Shown here in pieces: positions 1 through 11,176 of a stretch of 64,000 bases of DNA; position 1 is the first letter of the stretch, and every line of letters begins with the position of its first letter. The stretch is from Lingula anatina (lineage: Eukaryota; Animalia; Brachiopoda): assembly GCA_051362555.1 (NCBI GenBank), contig CM120641.1:434001-498000 (forward strand), written 5' to 3'. Below the pieces are notes generated by a model. The model was not told where the DNA came from, ran no database searches, and was given only the letters and a program-made list of their open reading frames with translations. Both the position numbers and the translations under genes were made by a program.

Positions 1-884
1 ATAACAAGCAATTTGCACAGAATCTACAACTTAAATTACCAGTAGGCACCAGTGTTGCCAGTCTATTACCACATGTGAAAAACATGGGTGTTTACTTTGA
101 TTCCACTCTCTACGTGGATAGACAAATAGCAAATCTCACTCAGTCATGTATTTTTAACATTAGAAACATCGGAGCTATTAGAAACTACCTGGATTAATCC
201 TCTGCGGCAACAGTTATCATGCGATGATCACCTCTCGTGGAGACTTCTGCAACTCTTTACTCTATGAATGATTTTAAAAACTGCAGCAAATTCAGAATAT
301 TTTCATGCATCTTTTATTAGTTAACCTCACAGCCAAGAGATCCATATCACAGCCATTTAAAAGCAGTTGTACAAGCTCTCTGTTTGAGCATGCATTTTAT
401 TCAAAATTTTAACTTTTATGCATGCAATTTTTTTATCAGTAAACACCCCTGCACATTCTACAAATAGTTCATCCTTCTGCTCCAAAACGTAAATTAAGGT
501 CACTTGACCAATTTTTACTCATGCCATGTACTGCCAGATTGAGAATATACGATGACCTAGCTCTTCAAGTCTATGGACCAAATGAATGGAACGATCTCCC
601 AATATACTTTAAAACTATAGAGTCTAAGGAAAATTAAAAAAAAAAATAATGATTAAAAACTTTTATTTTCAAAAAGTTATATAACTGAATGGACTGGCTG
701 TTATCTTTTACACTGTACTATCTATTTGAATATCTGAAATCTTAAGTGTCTATATATTTAATATACTTCACATTTTAATATTTTAATATCTTAACTACCT
801 ATTTACTTATTGACTTTATTCATCTTTGTTCATTTTACCCATGTAAAGTTTACTGAACATTTTATATGGATTTAAGACTAGAAA

Positions 885-934
<50 letters not shown>
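1..934 (+). mobile_element. Decayed L2/CR1-group LINE 3' end (C-terminal ORF2 region, 3' UTR and (ATT)n tail)
   Basis: Manual translation gives HVKNMGVYFDSTLYVDRQIANLTQSCIFNIRNIGAIRNYLD* (from ~72), MITSRGDFCNSLLY (~225) and YGPNEWNDLP (~572). These match the conserved post-RT C-terminus of L2/CR1 ORF2 (VKNLGV.FD..L, ITSRLDYCNSLL, P..WN.LP). Stops and frameshifts are present; the element ends in an (ATT)n tail at ~885-934. Confidence 0.85.
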
Positions 935-935
<1 letters not shown>

Positions 936-1679
936 CAAGAGGAGATTCTTTTTCTAAAAAGAAAGGACCATGAAACCACTTTTTTATTTGAAGAAGCATA
1001 GAACCTAGATCAAATTTTGATTCAGAGTGGACATTTTTCCAGTCAAATGGCAGTTCTTTTGACCCTACCACCCCCACCCCCACCCCCACCCTCACCCCCA
1101 CCCTCTGACCCTGACGGGCCTGTTACAGAAGGCGTTTTGTAGTCAGTTAATAAAAATACTGGTATGGTGGTAATCACATACTCATTGATTAGCAGGTTTG
1201 ATTACTTAATTTATTGGATATTTAACTGATTTTACATATTTTATTGGCTATGAACTGTATCTGTTTGATGACAGTTTATTTGCACATCCTGATGGGGAAT
1301 TGTTTTGGAGCTTTTTATGTGAGACCATGTAGCAGAAGGGAACAGTTTGAGTACATCGTATAACTGCAGAGTTTTGCGTACAAATAAGACATTAGCCCGG
1401 CTTCTATTGCAAGATACATTACTGGTCTTATTGATTTGATATTTGAGAGTGGCTGGCAATGTTAGATCAGCTAATGTGGTGTAATGGCAAGGGAACAAGT
1501 CAGGGAAAGTCTGGCTTCAATTTTTACATACATTTTTGTACAGACACTGTAAGTGTCTGTATATATTCAGAACACTGTCTGTCCTTGTTGTCGTCATTTG
1601 CATTGATGTTGCCATCACTTTCACCCCCAAAACATCAGTCTCTACTATTACCACACTGTACAACTATTGAGTAGCATTG

Positions 1680-2470
1680 TCTGGTAAAAAGGGGTTCCTT
1701 TCAAATGTTGACATGATCGGATTATATTTACAAAAGTTATTTCTTTGTGTTTACAAACGTTATTTCTTTATGTGTGTTTTTATGCATTAAATGTATTTGG
1801 TGATGTGTGCCATATAAGTGCCAAACTATTTTTGTTTTCCTTAAAAATTAATGTGTGGTTTTTTATGTAAACAATGCACATTTCTGTCAAAAATTTGCAT
1901 TATAATGTTATTTTTGCAAAAATTCAAAAAGTTTTTTAAAAAGTTTTTTCTTTCTTTTTTTTTTCATTTATTTTCTCATAAGTGCCAAACCTTATTCTTG
2001 TTTTACTTCAAACTTGCTGAGTGGTTTTGTATGTTATCATAGCAGGTTCCTTTTGAAAGTCAGTATAATTGAAGTATTTTTATGAACATTATTGATTTTT
2101 TTACTTGTATTTTGGTGATGTTTGTACCATAAGTGCCAAACCATGCTTCTGTTTTACTGCAAACTTTTTAAGTAGTTTTAAATGTTAATAAAACAGGTTC
2201 CTTTTAAAAATCAGAAAAATTGGATTATTTTTATGATTGTTAATGATTTTTGTGAATATTTTGCGTGTATTTTGGCAACATTTGCCCCATAAGTACTACA
2301 GTACCAAAGTGTTTTTTTTTTACTTCAAATTTGCTGAGTGACTTTGTATACTGTAATAAGACAGGTTTCTTCTGAGAGTCAGCATGTTCAAATTATTTTT
2401 ACAAATGATATTGACTTTTAATTTGCATATATTGTTGCAGTGTTTATTTGCAGTTTGGTGTCTGTATATT
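1680..2470. repeat. Diverged satellite-like tandem array, ~150-165 bp unit, ~5 copies
   Basis: Anchor ATAAGTGCCAAA (variant in the last copy) recurs at ~1814, 1978, 2129 and 2289. CAGGTTCCTTTT variants recur at ~1690, 2043, 2194 and 2362. Confidence 0.7.
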
Positions 2471-2714
2471 TGCCACCCTTACTGTCTAATTATTCACAAA
2501 AGTTAATCAGCATCAGCTCTCTACAATGTCACCGATGTCTCCCACATTAAAAAATATCAGTTCTATACAACTATTTACCAGTACTATAAATGGTGTTGTT
2601 ATTGTGTTACCTGGAATTTGCAGGGAGTGTATGAATGGTTAAGTACAAGACTGAAAGGTGAAAAAAATGACATAACTGTACATTGTACTGCTACTGCATA
2701 AGTTACCCGTTCTT

Positions 2715-2716
<2 letters not shown>

Positions 2717-2758
<42 letters not shown>
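2717..2758. repeat. (TG)n microsatellite
   Basis: Direct reading. Confidence 0.95.
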
Positions 2759-2762
<4 letters not shown>

Positions 2763-2931
2763 TTGTTTTTCCCATAAGTGTTAAGCCCTTCCTTTGTTTT
2801 AGTTGAAAGATGCTTACTTTCAGTATGATAAAAATGATCATGAGATAGTTTAGCTTGATAAATCTGCAAGAGTAATTCTAATGAGATTTCTTTCTCTTCC
2901 TGTGTCGTTAATTTCTTCTGACACATACAGG

Positions 2932-3087
2932 TACTTTATACTATAGCAAGTCTACAGTGCACAAACACATACTTTATACTATATCAAGTCTACAGTGCAC
3001 AAACACATACTTTATACTATAGCAAGTCTACAGTGCACAAACACATACTTTATACTATAGCAAGTCTACAGTGCACAAACACATACT
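2932..3087. repeat. 38-bp minisatellite, 4 near-identical copies
   Basis: Unit TACTTTATACTATAGCAAGTCTACAGTGCACAAACACA at 2932, 2970, 3008 and 3046. Confidence 0.95.
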
Positions 3088-4403
3088 AGATTTTGTATAT
3101 CACTTGGAAAAGAAATGTTAATAAAAACATTAGTAGATTTTATACTTCATTGATGGTAAAGTGTTATTAGGAAATTATTCTTCGTAAACTGTCAAATCGG
3201 AATTATTCCCTCTGTTATTTAATGAGAATTGGGAAGTGATTAATTCATTTAAAACTGTCTATATGTGGGTCTCTTAATTAATGAGCTTTTAGAGTCAGTT
3301 TTGTTGAAACCTCAGAATTGGATCCTCTGTTAATGATAAACTGGGAAATGATACTCTGTAAAATGTATTTTATTGCTGTGTTAATGTGAAAGAGAAAGTG
3401 TTTTCTCCTGCAGAAACTGAAGAGTTTGCTACTTAATCCTAGGCCTGAGCATTAAAGACTGCTTGACTGAAGATACTCTCTTATAATGTGGTTTATATTC
3501 TTATTATGGCAAGATCTTTTACAACAGAAACATAATATTTTGCATTTACTTTTAAAGGTAATAAGAGTATTTCATTCTTATGCAGTACGTTTCAGTTAGA
3601 CCAATACTAGTAATGAAAAAAAAAAAAAAAAACATTCTGTTACCAAATTAACAAAATTCATTGAAACATGAAATACACATCTTTGCTGAACATGCCAATT
3701 TCTTTAAATCATTATTTATAAATAATGAAATTCAAAAAGAGACTTTGGTTTAATGACTTTGCATGGCTCACGCACAAGTGTGTAGCATAGTCACTGTTCA
3801 AATGGAGGACACAAGGAAGAGGAAGCACAGAATTCACTCCATTTTGGGGGTTTCTGGGGTATCATGATACCCTGTTTAGAAGTATTTTAAAAGATTCCAG
3901 AGCTTGTTTTTCAAGAGAAGTGTCTGCAAATTCATTCTAAGTAAAGAACACTGCTCTGTGCATTGCAAGTACCTTAGAGAGTAAAAATGTCATAGTCACC
4001 CAAACTCATAGATGTATTTCTACTTGAGAGAGAACTGCTTTTGACAGATCCCTCCTCAGTAATTTAGGGGCTATCTGACAGTTTATCATAAGCACTCTCC
4101 TCTGGAAAATTTTGATTCTCTTTGCCAATAAACTACACTCTATGAATAAACTAATACAAGAAAGCACTTTCTTGGAGAGCCGACCTTAGCAAATAAAAGG
4201 GCAGGGTAGCACCAACATGAAGAATTAGCTCTTAGTTTTTATGTGACTTTTTATATCATTAAAGATGTTGTATTGGTTGGGGTGATATATAATCATGATT
4301 TATAGCAGTAACTGTTTGTCTGTTGTTTCACTGTAAATTAACCTATTATTTAGCTTTTGTTTGCCTTGGCCATAATGTTCACAGAAACATTGTTCAGTTT
4401 GTA

Positions 4404-6264
4404 CGGTAAAGTCTTGAAAATTTCGTCGCTTAAAAATTAATTAATATTTTTAATTGTGTAAATCCGACTAATTTTTCAAAATTACCTCTCCCCGACTCCT
4501 GGGTATGACGAAATTTTCAAAAAATATGAAAATTGCCTTTTCGTCTTGCTCGGATCGCAAACGATATCCCTCTGACGATTTTACGCGAACAAAGTCCTGA
4601 CGATAGTACGCAAACGATTCTCCTCCGAAGATATGCCGTGAGCGGGAAAGGGGGGTTTAAAGATAAAACTTAATATGTGTATTATTTATAATATTCAAAG
4701 GGGGAGACGGGTTTAAAATAATGATCTCCCGCTGACGATCGTTCGCAAACTAAGTTCCTTGAACTAATATGAAAACTGCATTTTATTATTGCTTACATCG
4801 CGAACAATCTCCCAATGAAGATATGAAAATTGCCTTTACGTCAAGATTGGATCGCGAACGATCTCCCTCTGATATGATCTTACGCGCACAAAGTCCTGAG
4901 GATATTAAGCGAACGATTCTCCGCCGAAGATATACCGTGAGCGGGGGAAGGGGGGCGGATTAAAGATCAAATGAAAATGAATATTTTTTAAAAATCCAAA
5001 GTGTGTGTGTGTGGGGGGGGGGGGGGGTTAAATAATCTCCCGCTGACGATCTTCCGCGAACAAAGTTCCCTAAATCCCTTGAACTAATATGAAAATTGCA
5101 TTTCATTCTTGCTTACATCGCGAACGATCTCCCGATGATGATATGAAAATTGCCTTTTCGTCTCGCTCGGATCGCGAACGATCTCCCTCTGACGATCTTA
5201 CGCGAACAAAGTCTTGACGACATTACGCGATCGATTCTCCGCTGAAGATATGCCATGAGCGGGGGAAGGGGGGGTTAAAGATAAAATGAAAAATAAATAT
5301 TATTTATAAAATTCAAAGGGGGGGGGGGGGAATAATGATCTCTTGCTGACGATCTTCCACGAACGAAGTTCCCTTGAACAAATATGATAAGTGCATTTTA
5401 TTCTCGCTTACATCGCGAACGGTCTCCCGCTGAAGATATGAAGATTGCCTTTTCGTCTCTCTCGAATCGCAAACGATCTCCCGCTGATGATCTTATGCGA
5501 ACAGAGTCCGCTACAAATATGAAAATTATCTTCTTGTCTCATTTGGATCGCGAACGATCTGTTGACGATATTACGCGAACGATTCTCCGCTGAAGATATG
5601 AAAATTGCCATCTCGTCCCATTCGCATTGCAAACGATCTCCATGTACGAGCCAGGTAATCGTTAAATGGTCCTAAATTGAACATGGACATGAATAGAAGT
5701 GACGGGTACATTTCACTTCGAGATAATATCTTGACTTTTTCATTGTGTCTTCCGGGTACATTTCACTTCGAGATAATATCTTGATTTTTTCATTGTGTCT
5801 TCCTCATTTAGGACAGCCGCCGATAACAATAACGGCGTTACAAATGACAAAGCCGCGGCCTGTGACTTCTATTTGCCGGCTTGATAATGCACCTTAAGCC
5901 AGGTAATAGTAATGCAACTAAAGACAAAAGGCCGACGTTCCCGCAATATTGAGAACGGGAATTCACATCTAAACCATCTATATTGTGAGTAACCGCTTGC
6001 AGGGGCGCACTATTGTTCCTATCTTCCATTGAGAGTGTTATCGGCAATGATATCCTGATCGCATCATTGTCTTGAATCAACTGACGCATTACCTTCATGT
6101 TTGAGCTGGACAACGCGGCCATATTTGGTGACGAACTTTTCAAAAATTATCGAGTACCTCATTTTTAAGGTCGACGAAGTTTTCAAAGGGAAAAAAATTA
6201 CGTCGGCGGCAAATCGTCTGCCGACGAAATTTTCAAGAACGACGAAATTTTCAAGACTTTACCG
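4404..6264. mobile_element. Non-autonomous DNA transposon, TA TSD (Tc1/mariner-pogo type), perfect 25-bp TIRs, internal ~300-bp higher-order repeat
   Basis: TIR CGGTAAAGTCTTGAAAATTTCGTCG at 4404-4428, with its exact reverse complement at 6240-6264. TA flanks both ends (4402-4403, 6265-6266). Subterminal GACGAAATTTTCAA-like copies lie at ~4466, 4507, 6130, 6173 and 6223. CpG-rich relative to the flanks; no transposase ORF. Confidence 0.9.
5703..5802. repeat. 50-bp tandem duplication inside the TA-TSD element
   Basis: CGGGTACATTTCACTTCGAGATAATATCTTGA(C/T)TTTTTCATTGTGTCTTC occurs twice in tandem. Confidence 0.9.
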
Positions 6265-7615
6265 TAATAAAAGAAGTATGAGCTAAATGTCAATTTGCAA
6301 AAAATGTGTTCTCTATAACATTTAAGTTGGTTTTTTTTTAGTTCATTTTTTCTGTTGTGTCTCAGTATATAGTAATTGGATGGGGATATTTTATCAGTTA
6401 TAAGTACATGTGATTCATGCAGATATAAGTACATATGTTTCATGTAGATATAAGAAGATATGCTTCATGTAGATATAAGAAGATATGAGGCTGTGTTACC
6501 ACCTGTGTGGCCAGTTTACCTTACTCTGCAGGTAGCTGCCAGATGACTGACAGTGTGACATTCCAGAGGAACCTTTTGGTAATGGCTGCACAGTGGGAAG
6601 AAAAGCCTACAGCCCACTTGTACAAAAATGCCATATAAGGTAACATTCAGTAAAATGATCTTTATTTACTAATTGTATCCAGACTTTCTTGTATGTTCCC
6701 AACTTGTTTTGAAATCTTCAAGTGGTCTGTGTTATGGTACCTTGGCACAAATGCTCCTTATGTCACTCATTGTTTAAGGAGGGAGAATGAATTAATGGTT
6801 TTCACCTAAAATTGTAATTATGTTTTGTTGTACTTTGTTTTAACAATTATCCTCAACTGATGTAAAGAAATCTATACCATTGTTTAAAAAGATGTTTTAT
6901 CAAATAAATTCATCAAAAGTATGTTGTGAAAATATATATATAGGTGATTGCATATTTATCTGTGTTAATAACACAGAAAAAGGTTGTTTGCAGCTGGTAA
7001 ATCACTACCAGCAACCCTGATATGACATACAGGTAGCTACATGTACAGGTGAGAGAACAGATCTAAACAGGCTCAGTTGGGAGTTCACCAAAATGTCACT
7101 TACTGGTTATAGACTATGTATCATGTCCAGAAGGTTTAATAGATATAATTTCTCATATTTGAAAGTTTGGAAGAAACTGGCTTCAGGTATGATTTGCTGA
7201 CCATTTGAGATATTATCTTAAACCATTTTGTGATTTTGTAGGCACACATAGATTGAGTGCAGATTGATTTCTGCATTTTTATCTCTGCCAAGGAAGTGGT
7301 TTTCACTTGACTGCAGCAATCATACCTGTGCCAAAACTGAACTCTGCTCTATCCTTTAAGGGTGGCTCTTATGCCTGTGTTGAATGAAGTGTTGAAGAAG
7401 CTTGTTTTACCATACATTAAATCATTAGTGCCAAAAGATCTTGATCCCTAAATTGTAGCATGGAGGATGCTGTCAACATGTGTTTGCATAAGATCTTAGG
7501 ACACTTGGACAAGAAAAAACTCCTATCACATACATGTATTTTATTAATTGACTTTACTTCTGCCTTCAAACACAATTGCTCCTTTAGATTATATTTTAAG
7601 CTCTGAATAACCTTA

Positions 7616-7820
7616 GAGGGCATTCCCAGCGATTTAGATCGATCTTACTAGATCGACCTAACTCCCTCGAGGTTCACGCTAAATTGCAGTCAGCCGACTG
7701 CGCACGGAAGTTAATTACACCCTTACAGCTTTTAGTAGGCGGGACAGACATTTAAGCCGGATTATCTGACTGAGACTCCCTGCAGGGATAGATCGATCAA
7801 AAATCTATGGGAATGCGCCC
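7616..7820 (-). mobile_element. PIF/Harbinger-type (Tourist-like) MITE, family A, reverse orientation
   Basis: TTA TSD at 7613-7615 and 7821-7823. Ends GAGGGCATTCCCA...TGGGAATGCGCCC. The body is the reverse complement of the copies at 18447 and 31570. Confidence 0.85.
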
Positions 7821-8491
7821 TTAGTCTCCCATTGTTCATTTTCAACTGGATTTTTATTTTTCCTGGTGACAGAAGACAGGCCATCAGAGTAGGTTAAAAA
7901 ACCTCTAAGTGTAAAAATTTTGAAAACCGGACGCCCTTCTCTTTTTTTACCCATGATTGTGTGACAAATTTTCAAGGTTCATTTTTAATGAAATATGTGA
8001 ACAATACAATGTCAGTTGGTCTTGTAAGCGAGAATGCATGATGAGAGTATATAACTACCTGTATAAAGAGATAATTGACTTGGTGATGCAAATGTCTTGG
8101 TTTTAGATGCTGGCAAAACAAGAGTGTTAGTGAAAGACTTAAAAAAGAACAAAGATATCAAGTCACCAATTTTCATTAAGGATACCCATGCAGGTACAAA
8201 GGGTTGATGAGTTTAGGTTATTAAGGGCTCTGCATGAATAGCAATTTAACTTGGCACACAAATTCTGGAAAAAATAGCTAAAAAGGCAGAAAGCTTATTT
8301 TTTAAGGAAGCTTAAGAGTTTTAGTAGCACACCAAGTATTTTAATCAACTTTTACAGAGTTACTGTAGAGAGCATTTTAACATTTGCTGTAATTACATGG
8401 TTTGGTGGTGCCATTGGGGAAACTGAGTAGAATTTTTAAGATGTCCATTAAGATAATTGGCCATGAACTACCATCTATTGAGAGTGTCTAT

Positions 8492-8706
8492 GGCTCTGTT
8501 CTCACAACTTTTAGATCGATCTATCACCACGGGGAGTCTCACTAGATTACTGTCAGATAATCCCCCTTAAGTGTCCGTCCCCGCCTACTACAAGCTTTAA
8601 GGGGTAATTAACTTTCGTGTCCGCCCGGCTGACAGCTATTTAGCGTGAACCCCCAGGGAGTTAGGTCGATCCAATGTAGGTCGATCTAATCTATGAGAAT
8701 GGGGTG
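8492..8706 (+). mobile_element. Harbinger-type MITE family A
   Basis: TAT TSD at 8489-8491 and 8707-8709. Shared body TTTTAGATCGATCTATC...GCCTACTACAAGCT...TTAGCGTGAACCCCCAGGGAGTTAGGTCGATC. Confidence 0.85.
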
Positions 8707-8709
8707 TAT

Positions 8710-8941
8710 GACTGGATTCCCATCTCTAGATCGACCTAATAGGATCGATCCATCTCCAAGGGGATTCTCGCTAAATTGCTTTCAGCTTAAGCGGCTTAGA
8801 TATCTGGCACGCCTACTGAAGCTGCTAAATGATAATCAGCAATGCCAGACATCTAAGCTGCTTAAGTTAATTGCAATTTAGTGAGAATCCCCTTGGAGAT
8901 GATTGATCCAAAGTTAGTACAATAGGGGCTGGGAATTGTCC
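8710..8941. mobile_element. Harbinger-type fold-back MITE family B, abutting the family A copy
   Basis: Starts immediately after the shared TAT. Long complementary arms CATCTCCAAGGGGATTCTCGCTAAATTGC / GCAATTTAGTGAGAATCCCCTTGGAGATG. The right TSD is degraded. Confidence 0.8.
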
Positions 8942-11141
8942 TTTTGTCGAGAGAATGGAGAGTGATTTTTATCATCTGGCAAATAGTATAATTTGTTTAG
9001 ATTGTTACCAAGTTACAAGAGACTTTTAACTTTTAAAGGAAATAAGAGGTTTTTAAAAAGTGTTTGCTCTCTAGCCATTTCCATTAATTCTAATTACCTT
9101 TTAATGCACTACATGTATATACATTATATTTTCACATCTAAAACTTTGGGATTTTATTGTATCATTATAATTTTTAATTACTTTTTAGAGCTCCATCACT
9201 ATTCAAATTTCTGATATATATTTATCATTTTTAACATCTGAATTGGGAAAGATGGAAAATGTGACTCTAGGACATTTTAATCTGTGGTACATGTAAGTAA
9301 AAAGGCACCTTTAACATTGGCCTGTTGTACCATGGGAATGTTTAACTTAATTTGTATTGTATGTCAGACATTTGTTAAAAGGTAAAATTGAAACAAAATT
9401 CGATTGAAGAAACTCCAGTTCCAAAAAAGAAAATACAATGAATGTACAATAAAGAAAATACAATGAAAATGTCAGAATCAGGAACTGAGAGTGTCTCATT
9501 TTCAGATCAATGTGGTGAACATGCAGTGTTTCCATCTGCACCTTTGCAAGATTTGAGAAGGTTGCTCAGAATCTGGTGTCTTCATTTGGCCTCTCAGACA
9601 AGTTGCTATCACTTTTCTGTACCGTGTGTGTGCATGTATATATATGTGTGTGTATATGTGTGCGCGCACACACATACATGTGTGAGTAAATTGATTCTGA
9701 CAGTATGTCAGTCTCATAATTGTGACGGAGAAGAATAGTCTTTGATGTAGATGTTATCCTCATATGTGGAGTCTAGTCAACAAATATGTTTTATGGGACA
9801 AAGGACCTTTTTTATTTCAATTTATTATCATAATATATTTATTTTAATTTGATATTAGAAATTCTGGGTTGGTTCTGTCAGCATTGTCAACAGTGTTCAT
9901 AGAAAGCAAGCAGCTTTTTTATAAAAAGTGACAATGTAGAACAATTGATGTACTAGTTAGGTATTATCTGCATGATTTTTATTCCTATCCCTGACACTAA
10001 TTCAAATCTTGAAAGATCCACCTAAAAACATTTACATAATTAAGAATGGCAGGTTTTACACTCTCCTGATGATGACAATGTAGAAAGGGTATGGTATTTC
10101 TGACAAAATGATGGCCTGATTTCCATTTTATGATAATTAATTCAGCTGTAAGGTATTTAATATACCATAAGAAATGGGCTGCTGCCATAAAAATGAAAAT
10201 GATGCTAGAACAGCTAGTTTAGCCGAAAAAATCAGCTGGATGTTAACGGCTCGGTGGTCTGACATTAGTATCCGCTTGGTTAAGACTAGATGGATGTAGA
10301 TCGAGAAAGGTCATTGTAAGACAGGTGTCTAAGGACTTGTTAGCGCTTAATGAGGCCTACTTTCTTGTGTTTAGTGGAACATACCCCATGTTCCCTTCAT
10401 GGCCAGCTCTCCAGAGCTCAGGTCTTTTGTCATGATATTGATCTCAAGATTTATTGGAAGACCTACAAAGGAGGGCATCATTAAGGAACTTGGTTATATA
10501 GAATTTATTGTTATTATTGAATATAGACACTGTTGTAAATATCAGTATATGTTTTGATCACTTTGTCTGCTTGTGTGACTACTGTTGCCATGTGACACGT
10601 CTGTTCTTTATTTTATGACTGCTAGACTATTTTTTTTTATTTCAAATTTCAGAATTGCGTTTGTTTGTGGAAAAGAAAATAAAGGCTTATTTTGAAAATC
10701 ATCATGATCAGATTATGAAATTAACTTATTTGATTTTTTTTTTACATTTTGATTGACTTTCATTTTTTTTACTTCCAATTAGTATGCAAGCTAAAAAGCT
10801 ACCAGTAAATATAGCTAAATGGTAAAAAGCTAGATCAAGTTTGAAAATCAGCATAATCATTTTTTAAAGAAGTTTTAAGATACATATTTTAAATATTTAA
10901 ATATTTAACTGCCAAGTAGTATTTTTGATTTACTTTGAAGTCATGGAGAGGCTTTATTTGGTGAAAAGGGGAGTTTTAAAATTTGGCTCAATCGAGTGAT
11001 TATTAACCTTTTGTGTATTTATATTTCACTGTATCTTCATATACACTGTACTTGATGGAATTTTTTAAACAATGTAGCATGTCATCTTAATATAAGTCTC
11101 TAATCAGCAATATACGTGTACTTTTTAAGACAGTTCAGTAG

Positions 11142-11176
<35 letters not shown>

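Noticed and set aside
2932-3087. CRISPR-like periodicity (also 4520-5640 and 56731-56903)
   Set aside because: Contiguous tandem units without unique spacers, no cas genes, and eukaryotic context.
5838-6143. 101-aa ORF inside the TA-TSD element as a transposase
   Set aside because: No HTH or DDE/D motifs, and too short.
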